Source: an uncultured Bacilli bacterium
Lineage (GTDB): Bacteria > Bacillota_I > Bacilli_A > RF39 > UBA660
Assembly: GCA_944358735.1 (NCBI GenBank)
Contig: CALVRT010000079.1
Span: 1 to 43,900 of the forward strand
DNA: 43,900 nucleotides
Direction: 5' to 3'
Part shown: positions 26,879-36,303 of the stretch, one piece after another
Position numbering within the stretch: position 1 is the first letter of the stretch
Layout: each line of letters opens with the position of its first letter
Notes under the pieces: model-generated
Databases searched by the model: none
The model's input: the letters and a program-made list of their open reading frames with translations, nothing else
What the model was told of the DNA's origin: nothing
Made by a program: the position numbers and the translations under genes

Positions 26879-28147
26879 TTATTCGATTACATATGGACTA
26901 GCCTCTGTTCCTTCACCTGATAAAGTGATATCAGATGATAGATAGAGAGTTGGGGCGACGCCGTAGCTACTGTCGAGAGCGCTACTACCGAGCACGAGAT
27001 AACCTGCAGTGCTACTGCTACCGCAGACAAAGAAGACGTTGCTAGAGGCACTGGCATTCGGAGAAATTGTCCACATATAACCTCCGGAAGGTACTACACT
27101 ATACATCCAATTGGTTGTTAAACAGGTTTCTCTATTATTGTTATTTAATTCAACTGTTTCACATTATGCGGTATTCGTATTGGCTCTTAAATATTCGGAT
27201 GCAGTTATTAAACCTACTTTTCCGTTCCAAAGTGTTCCATTTTCTGAAGCTATTTGAGCTACTAAATCATTATTACCAGATGTTACTGCTCCGATACCAA
27301 AATTATGAGACACCACTTTATCATTATATGACAAACCTTCCAAATACTCCCCATTTAAATAGGTATTTAATGTTGCTGGTCTTGTCCAATTATTAGAACC
27401 TGTATCATCCCAAGTCATATTTCCAATACTCTCATTTCTCATTATTTTTATGGTATTATCTGATTCTACTGATATTATTCTCCAGGTTTCTCCGCTAAAA
27501 GTTATATAATTATTGGGATTTGCTCCTTTATAAAAATATCTTCCACTTTCATAGGTATCGGCATACAAACCATCACCCGATGTTGTTACTAGTTCTTTTA
27601 ATTGGTCGGAAGCTGTTTCAGTTTCTTCTGGTGGAGTAGCCCCACTAGCTTGTTCATAATTTAAAGTTACAGTTATATTACTTGTTGTATTTCCTGGTTG
27701 ACTAGTAACACTATCACTATAACTTACTTTTACTACTAATTCATCTTTTGCTTCTTGTAATAAATTATCTCCCTCACTCATTCCACTTGTTTCAAATACT
27801 ATAGCTGGATTATTACTATCACTTATTTCTATATCAATAAGTGTGGCATCTATATCTCCCCTGTTTTCAATCGTTACGGTATATAAAGCATAATCTCCGG
27901 GTTTTGATAACCCTGTATGAAAAGATGCATACATTCCGTTTGTATTATCATAACTTGGTGCTTCTAAATCTGTTGCTCCATTAAGTTCACTCTCAATATT
28001 AGTTATTCTAACATCCCAGTTACTGGTAATATTACTAGTACCAGTAATATTTAACTGACTATTAAAAGCAGCATATCCTATCCCCATTAAGACCAATACT
28101 GCACATAAACTAGCAATAATTATATTGTTTTTTCTTCTTTAACTCAT
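26879..28147 (-). pseudogene. paralogue of the 997-aa secreted protein interrupted by two in-frame TAA codons
   Basis: A single reading frame of 422 codons. MS*RRKNNIIIASLCAVLVLMGIGYAAFNSQLNITGT ... has TAA at 28139..28141. ... NTNTA*CETVELN ... SPYVIE has TAA at 27164..27166. The ORF-track pieces 27164..28096 and 26879..27106 are in the same frame. One GDGLY...PNNY...W.II module is homologous to the 997-aa protein. Confidence 0.75.
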
Positions 28148-28232
28148 AGTATCCCAACCTTTTTTATATTATTAACCATATTTTTTTAATTATTCTAATT
28201 AGATTTTAGCCTATAGTTTCACAAATGTCAAT

Positions 28233-28259
28233 ATAAAAAAGAGGACTTATAATCCTCTT
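28233..28259 (-). terminator. terminator downstream of truB
   Basis: Stem AAGAGGA / TCCTCTT (28239..28245 with 28253..28259), followed by a T-run on the minus strand. Confidence 0.5.
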
Positions 28260-28344
28260 ATGCCTATTTATCTTGTTTTTATTAGTAATTATATTATATA
28301 TATATTTACATTTTTTTACTTAATTTTTATATAAAATTCAGATA

Positions 28345-29187
28345 TTAATACAGCATTTTCTCTACTTTACCATCTTTATAAATAGCTAAAGCATTACCTT
28401 CTTTATCTAAATATAAGACTTTACCACTATTTTTAAGTTTCTGACCGTTAATTATTTTAAACTTTTCTTCATCATTAACAAATACTTTAGGAATATCTAA
28501 AACATCTTTAATATCTAGTAATTTATAATTATCATTTAAAAAGTCCTCTAAAGTAATAGCTTCTTCAATAGTAAATTTTCCTTGTTTTGTTCTAACTAAC
28601 TTACTCATAGCGCCTTCAGTATTTAAAGCATGTGCGATATCATTAATTAAAGCTCTAATATAAGTACCTTTACTAACTTCACATTTAAAGGAAAACACTG
28701 TTTTATCATAATATTTATAATCAGTAAGACTTATATTATAAATTCCCACTTCTTTTTTAGGCAGTTTTACAGGAATATTTTCTCTAGCATATTCATAAAG
28801 TTTTTTTCCATTAACTTTAACAGCTGAATAAAGAGGTACTTCTTGTAAATATTTCTTTTTAAAACTTTTTACAGTTTCGGCTAGTTTTTCTTTAGATATT
28901 TCTTGATAATTTTCTTCTAATACTTTACCAGTAATATCTAAAGTATCAGTTTTCAACCCCAAAATAACTTCCGCAATATAACCTTTTTTAGTACTAGTAA
29001 GTAGTTCACAAAGTTTAGTTGCCTTTCCTATACATATAACTAAAACACCAGAAGCAAGGGGGTCTAAAGTTCCAGTATGACCTACTTTTTTTGTTTTTAA
29101 CTTTTTAGATACAATATTAACAATATCTCTACTAGTATATCCAGCTGGTTTATTAATAACTAATAATCCATTATTTTCTGATTTCAA
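28345..29187 (-). CDS. truB: tRNA pseudouridine(55) synthase
   Basis: GLLVINKPAGYTSRDIVN ... GHTGTLDPLASGVLVICIG is the catalytic Asp motif. 280 aa. Confidence 0.92.
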   Translation of the reverse strand: MKSENNGLLVINKPAGYTSRDIVNIVSKKLKTKKVGHTGTLDPLASGVLVICIGKATKLCELLTSTKKGYIAEVILGLKTDTLDITGKVLEENYQEISKEKLAETVKSFKKKYLQEVPLYSAVKVNGKKLYEYARENIPVKLPKKEVGIYNISLTDYKYYDKTVFSFKCEVSKGTYIRALINDIAHALNTEGAMSKLVRTKQGKFTIEEAITLEDFLNDNYKLLDIKDVLDIPKVFVNDEEKFKIINGQKLKNSGKVLYLDKEGNALAIYKDGKVEKMLY

Positions 29188-30556
29188 ATGTCGTTCCTTC
29201 TCTCGTATCTTTAATAATAATGTTTTGTTCTTTTAATTCATCTCTTATTTTATCAGCTAAAGCATAGTCCTTATTTTCCTTAGCTTGACTTCTTTCTTGT
29301 ATTTTTTCATTTATAAAGTTAAGTAAATCACTATCAATATCATCATTTTTTAATAAATCTAAAGATAATACTTTATCAAATTCTTTAATTAAATATAGTT
29401 TACTTTTACCAGATAAATTAGATTTTAAAGTGTCATATAAAGTAGTTAAAGCAAGGGATGTATTTAAATCATCAGCTAAAGCTGCTTTAAATTTATCCAA
29501 ATATTCATCAGTATTTTCTATATTACCTTCATCTTTAATATTTCTAACTTTACCAAGTAATTTATTATAACTTTCCCTTGCATTATCTAAAATACTATAG
29601 TCAAATACTAACTGCCTTCTATAATGCGAAGATAAACACATAAAGCGAAAGATAAGCGGGCTGTAACCTTTTTCTTCAAGCGTACTAACCGTTAAAAACT
29701 CTCCTTTTGATTTACTCATTTTACCATTCTTATCGTTAAGATGCTCGGTATGAAACCAGTACTTGCACCATTTGTGACCTAAATAAGCTTCTGACTGGGC
29801 GATTTCATTAGTATGATGCGGAAAAATATTGTCAACCCCACCACAATGAATATCAAGATATTCACCTAAATATTTAATGGATATCGCACTACATTCAATA
29901 TGCCAACCCGGATAACCATAACCAAATGGACTATTCCATTTAAGTTCTTGGTCGTCAAATTTACTTTTCGTAAACCATAAAACAAAATCCCCTTGATTTT
30001 TCTTATTTTTATCTTCTTCAACACCTTCTCTTACGCCAACAACCATTTCATCTATTTTATGATTAGTTAAAGCATAATAATCATCTAATTTACTAATATC
30101 AAAATAAATATTACCATTAGATTCATAGGCATAGCCTGTTTCTAATAAACTTTCCGTCATTTTAATATATTCATCAATGCAGTTCGTAGCTGGAACAACA
30201 ATATCCGGCCAGCGAATATTTAATTTCTGACAATCTTCTTTAAAGGCATTCGTATATTTTTTCGCAATATCCAAAACAGTTGTATGCTCTCTTTTCGCTC
30301 CTTTAAGCATCTTATCGTCACCACTATCAGAATCACTAGTTAAATGTCCGACATCAGTAATATTCATACATCTTTTTACCTTATAACCTAAAAACTTTAA
30401 TGTTTTTTCTAAAATATCTTCGCTAATGTAGTTGCGCATATTACCGATATGAGCATAATGATAAACTGTTGGTCCACAAGTATATAAAGTTACTTCATCT
30501 TTGTTAAACGGAATAAATTCCTCTATATTATGCGTTAAAGTATTGTATAATTTCAT
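29171..30556 (-). CDS. cysS: cysteine--tRNA ligase
   Basis: 461 aa. TCGPTVYHYAHIGN (HIGH) and KMSKSKG (KMSKS). Overlaps the truB start by 17 nt. Confidence 0.95.
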   Translation of the reverse strand: MKLYNTLTHNIEEFIPFNKDEVTLYTCGPTVYHYAHIGNMRNYISEDILEKTLKFLGYKVKRCMNITDVGHLTSDSDSGDDKMLKGAKREHTTVLDIAKKYTNAFKEDCQKLNIRWPDIVVPATNCIDEYIKMTESLLETGYAYESNGNIYFDISKLDDYYALTNHKIDEMVVGVREGVEEDKNKKNQGDFVLWFTKSKFDDQELKWNSPFGYGYPGWHIECSAISIKYLGEYLDIHCGGVDNIFPHHTNEIAQSEAYLGHKWCKYWFHTEHLNDKNGKMSKSKGEFLTVSTLEEKGYSPLIFRFMCLSSHYRRQLVFDYSILDNARESYNKLLGKVRNIKDEGNIENTDEYLDKFKAALADDLNTSLALTTLYDTLKSNLSGKSKLYLIKEFDKVLSLDLLKNDDIDSDLLNFINEKIQERSQAKENKDYALADKIRDELKEQNIIIKDTREGTTFEIRK

Positions 30557-30619
30557 TTAATCACCTAATTTCTTCTAATACATTATATCATTTTAAAAGA
30601 AAAATATAAAGAAAAAGGC

Positions 30620-31402
30620 CTAATAAAAGCCTCTAATTTTTTTAAATTGTTTAGCCTTAACTTTTAAATCTTGATTACCTGGATTCTTACTAGCTAAATG
30701 ATTAATAAAGCCTCCTACAGCAAGTGGTTTACGGAAATCAAAGCTCCGGCGTCTTTTATTAGTTCCGGCCACAATAATAGGAAAATGAGAATTTTCTTCT
30801 AACTTAACTCTAATTCCTTTAAAATTAGCTTCACTATTTCTTTCAATAACACGTTTCCACTGTGTCGTTAAAAGAAAAGCCTGGGTATCTTGATGTAAGC
30901 ATTCATCTTGATTAAAACTTTTTTCAACTTCTGGTCTAATAATACTTTCAAACACTTCTTCAGATATTTCCGCATTAGGATTTAATTTCTTCGGATAATA
31001 TTCTTTCTCTCCGATAGCCACAAACATATCGCTCATCCACTCTTTATAAGATTTAAATTTATCTTTAGAAGCCTTAACACATTTAATTTCGCCTTCTTCA
31101 ATATAATCATTTAAATATCCAGTATTTTCCCGAAGTTTTATCCAAGAAGGATGATAACGAACAATATCATCAGAAATATGTTCGGGTAAATCGGATAATT
31201 TTTTAAAAGCCCTAGCTTTATCTCTAGCCTTCCTTATTTTTTCCGTATAACGAATAATTTGTTCTCCCATTTTATAAGGATTAGTAAACTTACGGTTATC
31301 AATTCTAATATACTCAATATTTCCATTTTCATCTAATTTAACTCTTGCGGTTTCCTCACTTAAATAACCCAAATTATGTAGAAAAGTTTCTAAATCTTTC
31401 AT
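30620..31402 (-). CDS. hypothetical protein (about 260 aa)
   Basis: Long ORF with no motif I recognise. The start is uncertain: the ORF track gives TTG 31417, and I prefer ATG 31402 with GGTGA 5 nt upstream. Confidence 0.6.
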   Translation of the reverse strand: MKDLETFLHNLGYLSEETARVKLDENGNIEYIRIDNRKFTNPYKMGEQIIRYTEKIRKARDKARAFKKLSDLPEHISDDIVRYHPSWIKLRENTGYLNDYIEEGEIKCVKASKDKFKSYKEWMSDMFVAIGEKEYYPKKLNPNAEISEEVFESIIRPEVEKSFNQDECLHQDTQAFLLTTQWKRVIERNSEANFKGIRVKLEENSHFPIIVAGTNKRRRSFDFRKPLAVGGFINHLASKNPGNQDLKVKAKQFKKIRGFY

Positions 31403-31419
31403 TTTCATCACCGTCAATT

Positions 31420-31447
31420 ATTATACTAAAAAAAGCGGGTTTGTCAA
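31420..31447 (-). promoter_or_regulatory. sigma-A type promoter of the hypothetical gene
   Basis: Minus strand: TTGACA (31442..31447), 16-nt spacer, TATAAT (31420..31425). Confidence 0.5.
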
Positions 31448-31465
31448 CCACCATTAATTCCTATG

Positions 31466-31586
31466 AAAAAAGCGCATTATTAAATACGCTTTTAACCTTC
31501 TTTGCACTTAATTTACGGTCTTCGAACTGATTATAATCCGAAGTTTGCAATCTAAACTAAGAAAGGAGAAGAAGGGACATATGTCC
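31466..31586 (-). ncRNA. candidate small RNA (about 120 nt)
   Basis: Minus-strand promoter: TTGTAC (31616..31621), 17-nt spacer, TGcTATTAT (-10 at 31593..31598). Terminator: GCGTATT-TAAT-AATGCGC plus T6 (31466..31493). Nested complementary segments lie in between. Confidence 0.35.
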
Positions 31587-31660
31587 ATAAACATAATAGC
31601 ACAAAACCACAAAAAGTACAATAACATACATAAAAATTTTCGGTTTTTTTTCAAAAGTTC

Positions 31661-31689
31661 TTGCATAAAATAAAGTAATATGTTATGAT
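31661..31689 (+). promoter_or_regulatory. sigma-A type promoter of the tRNA pair
   Basis: TTGCAT (31661..31666), 17-nt spacer, TGtTATGAT (-10 at 31684..31689), about 20 nt upstream of the first tRNA. Confidence 0.55.
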
Positions 31690-31709
31690 ATAGAAGTCAA
31701 AGAAATCCT

Positions 31710-31786
31710 GGACCCTTAGCTCAGTTGGTTAGAGCATCCGGCTCATAACCGGACGGTCGGTGGTTCGAGTCCACCAGGGTCCACCA
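31710..31786 (+). tRNA. tRNA with CAU anticodon, most like lysidine-type tRNA-Ile2 (alternatively elongator Met)
   Basis: 77 nt with a perfect cloverleaf. GGACCCTTAGCTCAGTTGGTTAGAGC ... CTCATAA ... AGGGTCCACCA resembles the Bacillus/E. coli tRNA-Ile(CAU) I remember. Confidence 0.9.
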
Positions 31787-31792
31787 AACTAT

Positions 31793-31877
31793 GCGTGTGT
31801 GGCGAAATTGGTAGACGCACTAGACTTAGGATCTAGCGCCTTACGGCATGGGGGTTCAAGTCCCTTCACACGCACCA
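31793..31877 (+). tRNA. tRNA-Leu (anticodon UAG)
   Basis: 85 nt, class II with a long variable arm. Acceptor GCGTGTG/CACACGC, anticodon loop CTTAGGA, encoded CCA. Confidence 0.92.
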
Positions 31878-31889
31878 ATAAGTAACTAA

Positions 31890-31912
31890 CCCTTGATGCA
31901 TCAAGGGTTTTT
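31890..31912 (+). terminator. rho-independent terminator after tRNA-Leu
   Basis: CCCTTGA-TGCA-TCAAGGG followed by TTTTT. Confidence 0.7.
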
Positions 31913-31953
31913 ATATATTTTTAAATAATTATTAGAAATGAGTGTGATATATA

Positions 31954-32489
31954 ATGAATAAAACATTAATGAAAAAAAACAAATACAAAAAATATCCGAA
32001 GGATGTAATAACTATAAATATGCGCATAATTCCAAACATCCTAAATTTTCATATTTAGGAAATTGGATAGAAAAAGAAAGCAATATTTTTAAAAATGAAG
32101 CTAATAAAAAGAACGGAAATAAACCCAACTTTAAAAGAGGTGAAATCATTCGTGTAGATTTTGGCATTAACATAGGCTCTGAATTATCAAATACGCACTT
32201 TGCGATTGTTTTAAATGACGATGATAATAATAATGTTGATAATATAACTGTTCTTCCTTTAACATCTAAACCCGGATACAAAAGATTATATGTTGGAGAT
32301 ATTTTAAAACCATTTAATAAAAATGGAAAATATAGTAACAAAGGATATGCACTAATAACACAAATCACAACAATTAGTAAAAAGAAAATATTTAAAGATA
32401 ACATTAATTGTTATTGTGATGGAACAACTTTAGAAAAAATAGATAAAGAAATCATTAAGTTTCTTACAAAAAAACTGGATATTACTTAA
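31954..32489 (+). pseudogene. MazF/PemK-family toxin-like ORF, frameshifted near the 5' end
   Basis: Open frame 31962..32489 reads ...YLGNWIEKE...FKRGEIIRVDFGINIGSELSNTHFAIVLN...ITVLPLTSKP..., but has no ATG/GTG/TTG in frame. ATG 31954 is in another frame and stops at 32056..32058. One extra A in the A8 run (31972..31979) would join them into a 178-codon ORF. Confidence 0.7.
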
Positions 32490-32500
32490 TTGTAATATCC

Positions 32501-32562
32501 ATACGACTGCAAGAGTCACAGTAATTCGGCCATCGCCGATACGACCGTAAAGGTCACAGTTA
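32501..32562 (+). repeat. two 24-nt imperfect direct repeats, 38-nt period, each a small hairpin
   Basis: ATACGACTGCAAGAGTCACAGTAA (32501..32524) and ATACGACCGTAAAGGTCACAGTTA (32539..32562). 19 of 24 positions are identical. Confidence 0.5.
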
Positions 32563-32867
32563 CGTACATTGTATAATGTACTTCAAAAGCATTTGCTTTT
32601 ATGAACAAATAATATCATAAAATATATTACTTGTCAAATTTATTTTATGCAGAAATATTAAAAATATGAACTATTACTAATAATATAATACAAAAATAGC
32701 ACTTAATTATAATATATATGGCTTTTCCTTGCCATAAATAATATAAAGTATCACATTTTTTATTAATAATCTATCAAAAATCACACATAATAAAAATATG
32801 CCACTATTAAGTAGTGATATTTGAATTTTTAAAGAATTTTATTGGTAAAATTATTGTGGTGATTTGA

Positions 32868-33080
32868 ATGAGACTTAATATCAAGAATTATACGCGAGGC
32901 GAAACAATGAAAATAATTAGAGAGTGGACAACGCTTACGCAAAAAGAATTTGCTAAACGTTTAGGCAAATCTAAAAGAACAATTGAACAGTATGAAGCTG
33001 GTACTGTCAATTATGGAATTGATATTCTTAAAAAAATATCTAAAGAATTTAATATCGATATTATTTTTGAAAAGAAATAA
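32868..33080 (+). CDS. small XRE-family helix-turn-helix protein
   Basis: LTQKEFAKRLGKSKRTIEQYEAG is an HTH_3-type motif. An alternative start is ATG 32907 (MKIIREW). Confidence 0.75.
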   Translation: MRLNIKNYTRGETMKIIREWTTLTQKEFAKRLGKSKRTIEQYEAGTVNYGIDILKKISKEFNIDIIFEKK

Positions 33081-33081
33081 C

Positions 33082-33510
33082 CTAATCATCTAAATAGTAA
33101 TTAAGTAAAATATCAAATATTGTATCAACTACATTAGTATTCATTGATGATGGGTATTTTTCTTTTAATGGTTTTAACAATGAAAACAAAGTTTTTTCAT
33201 TGTTTTTATTTTGGATACAATCCCGAACTAAAGCTAGGCATTCTATTAATACTTCCTCATTAGGCTCGTTAAGACAAAAAGTCCGGTAATTATAGATATA
33301 AGGCTCATTTTTAAAATTCTTTTTATCTTTACAAAATTTCCAAAATAATTTATCAATAATTTCATCTAAATATTCATAGCTTTCTTTTGGTAAAAAACTG
33401 GCGATTGTTTCAATATAAGTTGATGTAAAAGTAGCTTTTACTTCCGTTATAGCTACTAAATTATTATAAGCTTTCGTCACAGCTTCATTAATTATTTGTT
33501 CTTTATTCAT
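33082..33510 (-). CDS. hypothetical protein (142 aa)
   Basis: ORF with no recognisable motif. I prefer ATG 33510 (MNKEQIINE) over the ORF-track start at 33552. Confidence 0.55.
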   Translation of the reverse strand: MNKEQIINEAVTKAYNNLVAITEVKATFTSTYIETIASFLPKESYEYLDEIIDKLFWKFCKDKKNFKNEPYIYNYRTFCLNEPNEEVLIECLALVRDCIQNKNNEKTLFSLLKPLKEKYPSSMNTNVVDTIFDILLNYYLDD

Positions 33511-33560
33511 ATACTTCCCACTTTCTATATCACTACTACATAAGTATAACATAATTTTAG

Positions 33561-33593
33561 AAAAAAAACACTAAATCTTAATGATAAAGTGTT
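33561..33593 (-). terminator. terminator after atpC
   Basis: Stem AACACT/AGTGTT followed by T8 on the minus strand. Confidence 0.5.
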
Positions 33594-33599
33594 TTCTTT

Positions 33600-34007
33600 T
33601 TATCTTAAGCCAGATGTTTTTATTCTAGCTGAAGCTCTTTCAATTGAAACTTTAAGTTCAGTTTTTCTACTTGCATCTGCAGCTCCACTTTCAAGTTCTT
33701 CTTCAGCAATTCTTTTAGCTTTAATAGCTGCTTCCTCATCAATATCACTAGACCAATCAGCTAAATCAGTAACGATAGAAACTTTTTGAGGAGTTACTTC
33801 AATAAAGCCTTCACTAATAAAAGCATATTTTTGTTTTTTATCTTTTTCAATTGTTAAAGTACAAGGCTTTGTTGCTACTAAAACGGGCGCGTGGTCGGCT
33901 AAAATACCCATTTCACCGTTTTCGGCTTCAAACTTTATATAAGAAACATCGCCTTCATAAAATATACCAGTTGGCGTTACAACTTCAAACTTAAATGTTT
34001 TTTGCAC
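33600..34007 (-). CDS. atpC: F0F1 ATP synthase subunit epsilon
   Basis: 135 aa. Last gene of the atp operon. FEVVTP...G.......G.MGIL..H.P pattern. Confidence 0.93.
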   Translation of the reverse strand: MQKTFKFEVVTPTGIFYEGDVSYIKFEAENGEMGILADHAPVLVATKPCTLTIEKDKKQKYAFISEGFIEVTPQKVSIVTDLADWSSDIDEEAAIKAKRIAEEELESGAADASRKTELKVSIERASARIKTSGLR

Positions 34008-34017
34008 GCTTTCTCAC

Positions 34018-35415
<1,398 letters not shown>

Positions 35416-35424
35416 TCACCCTTT

Positions 35425-36288
35425 CTATTTAAGGTTCATAGCCCCACCAATTATTTCAGATATTTCTTGAGTTATAGCTTGTTGTCTAGCTCGGTTGTAA
35501 TCAAGTGTTAATTTTTTTGAGACTTTTTCAGCATTTGATGTAGCACTATCCATGGCATTCATCCGGGCAAAATGTTCACTAACAAACGACTCAACCATAC
35601 CACCATATAAAACACCTTGAAGATATTGATTAGTTAGTCTTTCAAAAACTACTTCAGCTGATGGTTCAAAATCTAAAACTTCACGCATTCCGGTTTCCAT
35701 AATTTTAAAATCTTTATTATCAAGTGGCAGTAATTTAATTGAATTTGGTACTAAATGCATAACTGACTGCATTTCGGTATAAACTATTTCAAGTTCATCT
35801 ATTTCACCATCTTTAAATAATTTAAGCATATGTTTAGCAATATCTGCCGCGGTTATTGTTGTAACAGTATACCGCCCAGGAATAAAATCAGTAACAACAT
35901 TATAGCCATTTTTAATCATATAATTTTTAATAACATTACCAATTGGAAAAACCACACCATTTTCTTTATCAATTACTTTAACAGCTTCTTTTATAACATT
36001 AGTATTATAACCACCGTTAAGTCCCGTATCAGATGAAATTACAATGTAACCTTTTTTGCGGTTTTCTTTTTTTTCCCGTTTATCAAAATAAACAAGTTTC
36101 ATATCGGGTGTACATTTCATAATATCAATCATAATTTCCCGTATATGTTTAAAGAAAGGTAATGTGCGTTCGTGCATTTCCCGCGCTTTTTTTAATTTAG
36201 AAGCCGCAATTAATTTCATAGCTTTAGTTATTTTTTTTGTACCTTCAACACCTTTAATTCGGCTTTTAATCTCTCTTGTGTTAGCCAC
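35425..36288 (-). CDS. atpG: F0F1 ATP synthase subunit gamma
   Basis: 287 aa. REIKSRIKGVEGTKKITKAMKLIAASKLKKA and C-terminal ITQEISEIIGGA. Confidence 0.95.
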   Translation of the reverse strand: MANTREIKSRIKGVEGTKKITKAMKLIAASKLKKAREMHERTLPFFKHIREIMIDIMKCTPDMKLVYFDKREKKENRKKGYIVISSDTGLNGGYNTNVIKEAVKVIDKENGVVFPIGNVIKNYMIKNGYNVVTDFIPGRYTVTTITAADIAKHMLKLFKDGEIDELEIVYTEMQSVMHLVPNSIKLLPLDNKDFKIMETGMREVLDFEPSAEVVFERLTNQYLQGVLYGGMVESFVSEHFARMNAMDSATSNAEKVSKKLTLDYNRARQQAITQEISEIIGGAMNLK

Positions 36289-36303
36289 GTAGTTTCACCT
36301 CAC

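Noticed and set aside
26879-28147. Possibility that the in-frame TAA codons reflect stop-codon reassignment.
   Set aside because: TAA clearly terminates conserved housekeeping ORFs here (for example tsf, rpsB, ndk) at their expected lengths. Nonsense mutation is the economical reading.
31581-31673. 30-aa plus-strand ORF (MSINIIAQNHKKYNNIHKNFRFFFKSSCIK) preceded by AAAGGAGAAGAAGGG.
   Set aside because: I found no plus-strand promoter. The ORF runs into the -35 box of the tRNA promoter. The opposite strand has a matched promoter and terminator. I kept it only as an alternative in the sRNA finding.
32012-32404. 130-aa minus-strand ORF.
   Set aside because: It is antisense to the MazF/PemK-like frame, whose motif content is far more convincing. 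Its hydrophobic, low-complexity translation is typical of an antisense artefact.
36067-36074. A8/T8 homopolymers as phase-variation switches (also in atpA, argH and intergenic regions).
   Set aside because: Such runs occur inside essential genes as Lys-Lys-Lys codons. They are simply a property of this AT-rich genome. Only the runs tied to an actual frame break (31972..31979) or of unusual length (41056..41065) were reported.
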